Source: Flectonema sp. DT1601
Taxonomy: Eukaryota
Direction: 5' to 3'
DNA: 34,000 nt
NCBI GenBank assembly: GCA_964019425.1
Contig: OZ025794.1
Span: 1,426,001 to 1,460,000 of the forward strand
Shown: one piece after another, positions 29,860-34,000 of the stretch
Layout: every line of letters begins with the position of its first letter
How positions within the stretch are numbered: position 1 is the first letter of the stretch
Position numbers and translations under genes: made by a program
The notes under the pieces: generated by a model
What the model was told of the DNA's origin: nothing
The model's input: only the letters and a program-made list of their open reading frames with translations
Database searches by the model: none

Positions 29860-32402
29860 ATGGAGGAAAAACCACACGATGTGTGGGGGCCTGTTCCGGA
29901 AGGGACGCAAGGCAAAAAGCGGATCGGAAGACCGCCGAAAAAATCACTTGCCATAGTGAACTCGGAGAAACTCGAGGAACTCGAGAGTCAGCTGGACCTG
30001 ACACTGACCGGTTGTTTCGCCGAATCGACACAAGCATCGATAAGATCGGTAATGCGAAATTGGATCCCCTTCGATGCGACCATATGTGCGATAAAACCGG
30101 ATATGCCGCCGACGCGGAGTTTCCTCCTGTGGCTACAGGCAAAGATCAACTTGGGAGAGTTGCAACCACAGTCGGCGAACCAATACTTGGCAAGTTTTCG
30201 CTCGGCTGCAATTCCGCCCACAGCTGCATTCCGGAAGGCCATGACAAGGTCAACAGACGAAAATCAGCGAAGGGAGGGAATGCTGACGAAAATACGCACC
30301 AAGGAAGAGATCACGGAAGTAATCCGTCGACAGGAAGGGATGTATGTAGCGGTGTTGGCCACACAATGGTCTCTGGCGGCGAGATTTATCGACCTGATGC
30401 TACTGAGGAGACGGGACATCCGGGAAGTCAGGAACGGTTACCTAATTGGCTTGGTCGGGGGGAAGACCGACAAAACGAGACGAGGTCAATGGATTCTGGT
30501 AGCAAAAAATGGCTCTTTATTCCGCGTGGTGTTGCAATGGTTGGCAACAACGAATGGCGAAATGGTATTCACGGGTTTGAACCGATCGGGATACAACAGA
30601 TGGCTGGAAAGACATCTCGACACCACGAGCCACTACATACGTCACAGTGCACTCACGTATGTCGCGTTGGAGTCGTCGGAACGGGACGCTCAGGCGATGG
30701 CGCGGCATGCATCAGGGACGTCAACCCAGTTCTACATACCGCCGGAGACTTGGACCTCGACTCGGAATACGATAAAAGCGGCCGCACTACTGCAGTGAAA
30801 GCTATCCATGACAGACCTTTTTGGGCTTCAAAATTGGAAGCAGGATTCCGCATGTACGACTACGCGGAAGGATGGCTAACGGGGATAACTGGAACACGTT
30901 GTCCGCGAACATGTTATGACGGAACCATATCTGGAATAAGAATGGAACCGGTAAACATGGAACTGCTAGTGGGAAGCTATCCGAACCTGAGAACAAACAT
31001 GAGATGGATTGCAGATCCGAACTTTGTCATCCAAGTGATTAACAATTCGCCACAAGAAGACGAATCTGGGATAGGCGCAAAGAATGTCCAATTAAAACCT
31101 CATACCGAACGCATGCTTGAGCTTGGTTTCGCCGAACCATCTCCTAGATCGACGACGAATAGATTCATGCACTCTGCTTTTCTCATACCGAAAAGTACAC
31201 CTGGACAATTACGTTTCATCCTAAATTGTAAGACTATTAATGAGTTAACAGCTTATACCTCGTTACCGCCATGCAGGCTACCGTCTTACGAAACGATAGT
31301 GGAAACCTTGCTACCACGTAGGTACGCTTGCGAGTTTGACTTTACATCGTATTTCTTTCAATTCCCGATTCCTGAAAGAATTAGACCGTTGTTCTCTTTT
31401 CGAGTAGACAAGAAGATCTACCGGATGACACGTCTACCGATGGGGTACAGAGGTGCACCTCAATTAGCCCAGGCTGTTCTTCTGAATCTGATCGAAGATG
31501 CAATAGATGGGAGGGATGTGTCCGGCATTGGGTGGATTGACAATGCCATCTTTGCGGCGGATGATATACAGGTTCTACAATCGGTTAGAGATAGATTCCG
31601 AACTCTATGTCTGAAATATTCAATTACGATAGGCGCGGTCACAGAACCCAACACATACATAATCACATTAGGAATAGAAGCTGACTTGACGAGGAAATGT
31701 TGGAAACTAAAGGAAAAATGGGTCAAAGCGGTCGCTGAACCAGGGAAAATGATCTTGGACTCACGCGTGAACCTACGACGTAGTTACTGGAAGATTTCGG
31801 GAATCATTTTGTGGAGACGTCATGCGCTAAGATTACGTCTACACGAGGCGACAGAACTCCTGATGGGAATGTCTGAACTGATGCAGGAAGGCGACCCGAA
31901 ATCTAAGGTTTTCTGGAACACAGCAGTAAAAATCTCAGAGGAGTACATGAACTCTCTTAGGCTCGAGTTCAGGGAGCTTGTGAAGAACGAATGGGTGCGG
32001 TGGAATAAGCGTAGCTATGAAACAGAAATGACTTTCGTATCTGATGCAAGTACAAAAGCCTGGGCATTTGTAGTGGGAAACTCTTATCGGAGAGGACGCT
32101 TCCCGCGCGATATAGTGAACATGGGGATTTTCGAAAAGGAATTTTTCGCAGTAGTCAAGGCCATTGAATATGTAGTGACAGAGTTAAAACTGCAGAGTTG
32201 CAGGGTGACGGGACATGTAGACAACAAGGGAGTTATCGGTTCGTTGCACCGTGGCTATTCTCTACAACAAAATGTACAACCCATGTTACGGACTATTCAT
32301 CGACTATTGGACAGGTCTAGTTCAGTTCTGCACGTCGAGTACGTGGCGAGCGAGGACAATATTGCTGACAAGCACACTAGACTGGAAGATGAAGCATACT
32401 AA
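29856..32402 (+). CDS. Reverse transcriptase / DIRS-type RNase H; true start uncertain, frame open from 29787 and overlapping the whole YR ORF
   Basis: FLIPK, RFILNC, FDFTSYFFQF, RLPMGYRGAP, WIDN; RNase H SDAS, EKEFFAV, VDNKGV, SEDNIADKHTR. Confidence 0.92.
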   Translation: MNGGKTTRCVGACSGRDARQKADRKTAEKITCHSELGETRGTRESAGPDTDRLFRRIDTSIDKIGNAKLDPLRCDHMCDKTGYAADAEFPPVATGKDQLGRVATTVGEPILGKFSLGCNSAHSCIPEGHDKVNRRKSAKGGNADENTHQGRDHGSNPSTGRDVCSGVGHTMVSGGEIYRPDATEETGHPGSQERLPNWLGRGEDRQNETRSMDSGSKKWLFIPRGVAMVGNNEWRNGIHGFEPIGIQQMAGKTSRHHEPLHTSQCTHVCRVGVVGTGRSGDGAACIRDVNPVLHTAGDLDLDSEYDKSGRTTAVKAIHDRPFWASKLEAGFRMYDYAEGWLTGITGTRCPRTCYDGTISGIRMEPVNMELLVGSYPNLRTNMRWIADPNFVIQVINNSPQEDESGIGAKNVQLKPHTERMLELGFAEPSPRSTTNRFMHSAFLIPKSTPGQLRFILNCKTINELTAYTSLPPCRLPSYETIVETLLPRRYACEFDFTSYFFQFPIPERIRPLFSFRVDKKIYRMTRLPMGYRGAPQLAQAVLLNLIEDAIDGRDVSGIGWIDNAIFAADDIQVLQSVRDRFRTLCLKYSITIGAVTEPNTYIITLGIEADLTRKCWKLKEKWVKAVAEPGKMILDSRVNLRRSYWKISGIILWRRHALRLRLHEATELLMGMSELMQEGDPKSKVFWNTAVKISEEYMNSLRLEFRELVKNEWVRWNKRSYETEMTFVSDASTKAWAFVVGNSYRRGRFPRDIVNMGIFEKEFFAVVKAIEYVVTELKLQSCRVTGHVDNKGVIGSLHRGYSLQQNVQPMLRTIHRLLDRSSSVLHVEYVASEDNIADKHTRLEDEAY
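29860..30798 (+). CDS. Tyrosine recombinase
   Basis: Catalytic R (LAARFIDL), K (GGKTDK), HxxR (TSHYIRHSA), H (ARHASG), Y (STQFYIP). Confidence 0.88.
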   Translation: MEEKPHDVWGPVPEGTQGKKRIGRPPKKSLAIVNSEKLEELESQLDLTLTGCFAESTQASIRSVMRNWIPFDATICAIKPDMPPTRSFLLWLQAKINLGELQPQSANQYLASFRSAAIPPTAAFRKAMTRSTDENQRREGMLTKIRTKEEITEVIRRQEGMYVAVLATQWSLAARFIDLMLLRRRDIREVRNGYLIGLVGGKTDKTRRGQWILVAKNGSLFRVVLQWLATTNGEMVFTGLNRSGYNRWLERHLDTTSHYIRHSALTYVALESSERDAQAMARHASGTSTQFYIPPETWTSTRNTIKAAALLQ

Positions 32403-32538
32403 GAAATGATACACAAGAAGAACGAACACCGCATCGCATCGGTTTATTATCTCATAAAAGACCGTTATTCTCCCAACTTTGATAGATACCATATCAAACT
32501 AGACACGACGGCCACGAACAATCCACTGGAAAGGGGTC

Positions 32539-32781
32539 CGGTTTCGTGCACAAACAAAAAATCACAGTGTTATATCATTATTTTCTGTATAGTTGAAGTT
32601 AAAGCCAATTCTTTTTTGCATTTAACAAGTATTGTAAGAACGAAAAAGAATGTTGGCAGCACACGTAAACCTCCTTTAGCTTTATCAGTTTAAGTCGGTT
32701 CACGGTTTCGTGCACAAACAAAAAATCACAGTGTTATATCATTATTTTCTGTATAGTTGAAGTTAAAGCCAATTCTTTTTT
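32539..32781 (+). repeat. Terminal B1-A2-B2 repeat block
   Basis: B1 32539-32617, A2 32618-32725, B2 32703-32781; A and B share a 23-nt overlap CGGTTTCGTGCACAAACAAAAAA. Confidence 0.95.
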
Positions 32782-32816
32782 AAAATAAAACCTCTAAGAA
32801 TGTTAAGATTGAGAAT

Positions 32817-33155
32817 TGAAGAATGTTGTGAACCTCGGGGCGGTGTATGTCGACAGCAATACGGGGTAGTACGAGAGGAACTCCCGTTTCTAGTCCCTGG
32901 TATCTACGGTTGTCCGATCGGACAGTGCCGTGATGCTACCACTGGATGGATTATGGCTGAACGCCTCTAAGCCAGAACCCAGTCTAGAGACGTCTGACTA
33001 GCTTCGGCGAGTGGCTTCAATCAAATTCACATCCAAATCTGGGTCTATACTAGTCCGAATGGACTGGCGAGCGTAACACTTCGAGGAGCCTTGTTGTTCC
33101 GAGGGTTTGAGCTTTATGGCCAGTTCCTACGGTTCGTCCCCTGGTACAGAACTTA
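32817..33155 (+). rRNA. Isolated 3'-terminal segment of 28S (LSU) rRNA including sarcin-ricin loop; ends approximate
   Basis: AGTACGAGAGGAAC (32868-32881) in stem CGGGGT/ACTCCCG; GGATTATGGCTGAACGCCTCTAAGCCAGAACCC; GAGCCTTGTTGTTCCGA; upstream conserved LSU sequence absent. Confidence 0.9.
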
Positions 33156-33186
33156 TGAAAGGATCCCATCAAAAAAAAAGAAAAAG

Positions 33187-33257
33187 TGACCCCAGACGGA
33201 ATCGAACCGCCGTTGTTGGATTTGGAATCCAAAGTGCTACCGCTACACCATGGGGCC
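33187..33257 (-). tRNA. tRNA-Trp (anticodon CCA)
   Basis: Reverse complement GGCCCCA TG GTGT AGCGGTA GCAC T TTGGA TTCCAAA TCCAA CAAC GGCGG TTCGATT CCGTC TGGGGTC A, then T-run terminator. Confidence 0.95.
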
Positions 33258-33298
33258 TACGCAAAAAAAGAATTTTTATTTATTAGGGACCACACAAA

Positions 33299-34000
33299 AT
33301 GCCTCCACGCGGCGGTCTCGGACGGCAGAGACCGACTAAATTTTGCAACCAGATGGGAGGTGAAATACTCTCACGGAAGGAAAGGAACCGGAAAGCACAC
33401 ACAGAGAACGGGAACGGTAAGAAAGACAGGAAGACGAGCGTAGACACGAAGGAACGAGACGAGTTGAGGGAGAGACTCGCACGGGATGGCCTAAGAAGGC
33501 TGGATCGGGACGAAGACAGGAAGAAGGACGAGAAGGTCCTCAAGAAAAAACAGGCAGAGCAGGAAGAAGAGAAGAACGAACTGCTGCAACAACAAGAGCT
33601 CCTCTGCAAACAACAGAGTGAGCTAGAAGTTAACTTCCAGAAGAAACAGGAAGAATTATTCCAAAAGCAACAACAGCTTGAGGAAGTACTGACTAACCAT
33701 CAACAGCAACAACTTGTCAACCAGAAACAACTGGACCATCAACAGCAACAAAACCAGGAACATCTGCATCAACAACAGAAGGCTCTTACTCAGTACGAAG
33801 ATGAACTCTGTCTGAAGCAACAACAGCAAGAACAGCAACTTAGCCATCAAGTCAAAAAGCAGCAGGAGATTCAACAGCAGCAGCAACAGCAACTTGATCA
33901 ACAAGTCCAACAACAGCAGGACAAGCATATACAACAGCAACAACAACTTGAGCATCAAGTCCAACAACAACATCAAAACCAACAACATAGCCAAGAGTTG
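33299..34000 (+). CDS. Charged then Gln-rich coiled-coil protein, 3'-truncated (not in the ORF track)
   Basis: ATG 33299 (MPPRGGLGRQRPTKF...) open for 234 codons to the window end; K/R/E-rich then poly-Q-rich. Confidence 0.75.
   Translation, partial: MPPRGGLGRQRPTKFCNQMGGEILSRKERNRKAHTENGNGKKDRKTSVDTKERDELRERLARDGLRRLDRDEDRKKDEKVLKKKQAEQEEEKNELLQQQELLCKQQSELEVNFQKKQEELFQKQQQLEEVLTNHQQQQLVNQKQLDHQQQQNQEHLHQQQKALTQYEDELCLKQQQQEQQLSHQVKKQQEIQQQQQQQLDQQVQQQQDKHIQQQQQLEHQVQQQHQNQQHSQEL

Larger units (their letters stand above)
28850..32781 (+). mobile_element. Tyrosine-recombinase retrotransposon (DIRS order; VIPER/TATE-like gene order gag-YR-RT/RH; split direct repeats)
   Basis: Three intact ORFs; identical repeats A1 28856-28963 = A2 32618-32725 and B1 32539-32617 = B2 32703-32781; both ends abut T runs. 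Confidence 0.93.

Noticed and set aside
32539..32781. Repeat-spacer-repeat pattern as CRISPR array or LTR
   Set aside because: Fully explained by YR-retrotransposon split direct repeats; no cas genes, integrase or TG..CA ends
33187..33257. tRNA-Trp as UGA-readthrough type with 4-bp anticodon stem
   Set aside because: The anticodon stem has the normal 5 bp (TTGGA/TCCAA), and host genes end in TGA normally
33283..33994. Minus-strand Ser/Leu-rich ORFs
   Set aside because: Antisense shadows of the CAA/CAG-rich + strand ORF

Overview
Eukaryotic, AT-rich, gene-dense window, most likely a euglenozoan (diplonemid-like; inferred). Every credible protein gene lies on the + strand, most behind a T-rich ...YAG acceptor (trans-splicing-like), and a few carry short GTATG...AG introns. 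The first 27 kb hold a lipoxygenase homolog that has lost its iron ligands, a cytosolic carboxypeptidase (CCP6/AGBL4-like), a 3-exon TDEL membrane protein, a CCR4/nocturnin-family EEP phosphatase, a nucleoplasmin-like protein, a tandem pair of LigB/DODA dioxygenases, a ubiquitin-like+LRR protein, SppA, an EGF-like type I membrane protein and several orphans. The last 6.5 kb is a small-RNA cluster: tRNA-Ser(UGA), a U3 snoRNA, a stand-alone ~340-nt 3' piece of 28S rRNA containing the sarcin-ricin loop, and tRNA-Trp(CCA). An intact ~3.9-kb tyrosine-recombinase retrotransposon (gag-YR-RT/RNaseH, identical split direct repeats A1-B1-A2-B2) sits precisely in the oligo-T terminator of the U3 gene. 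A Q-rich ORF runs off the right edge.
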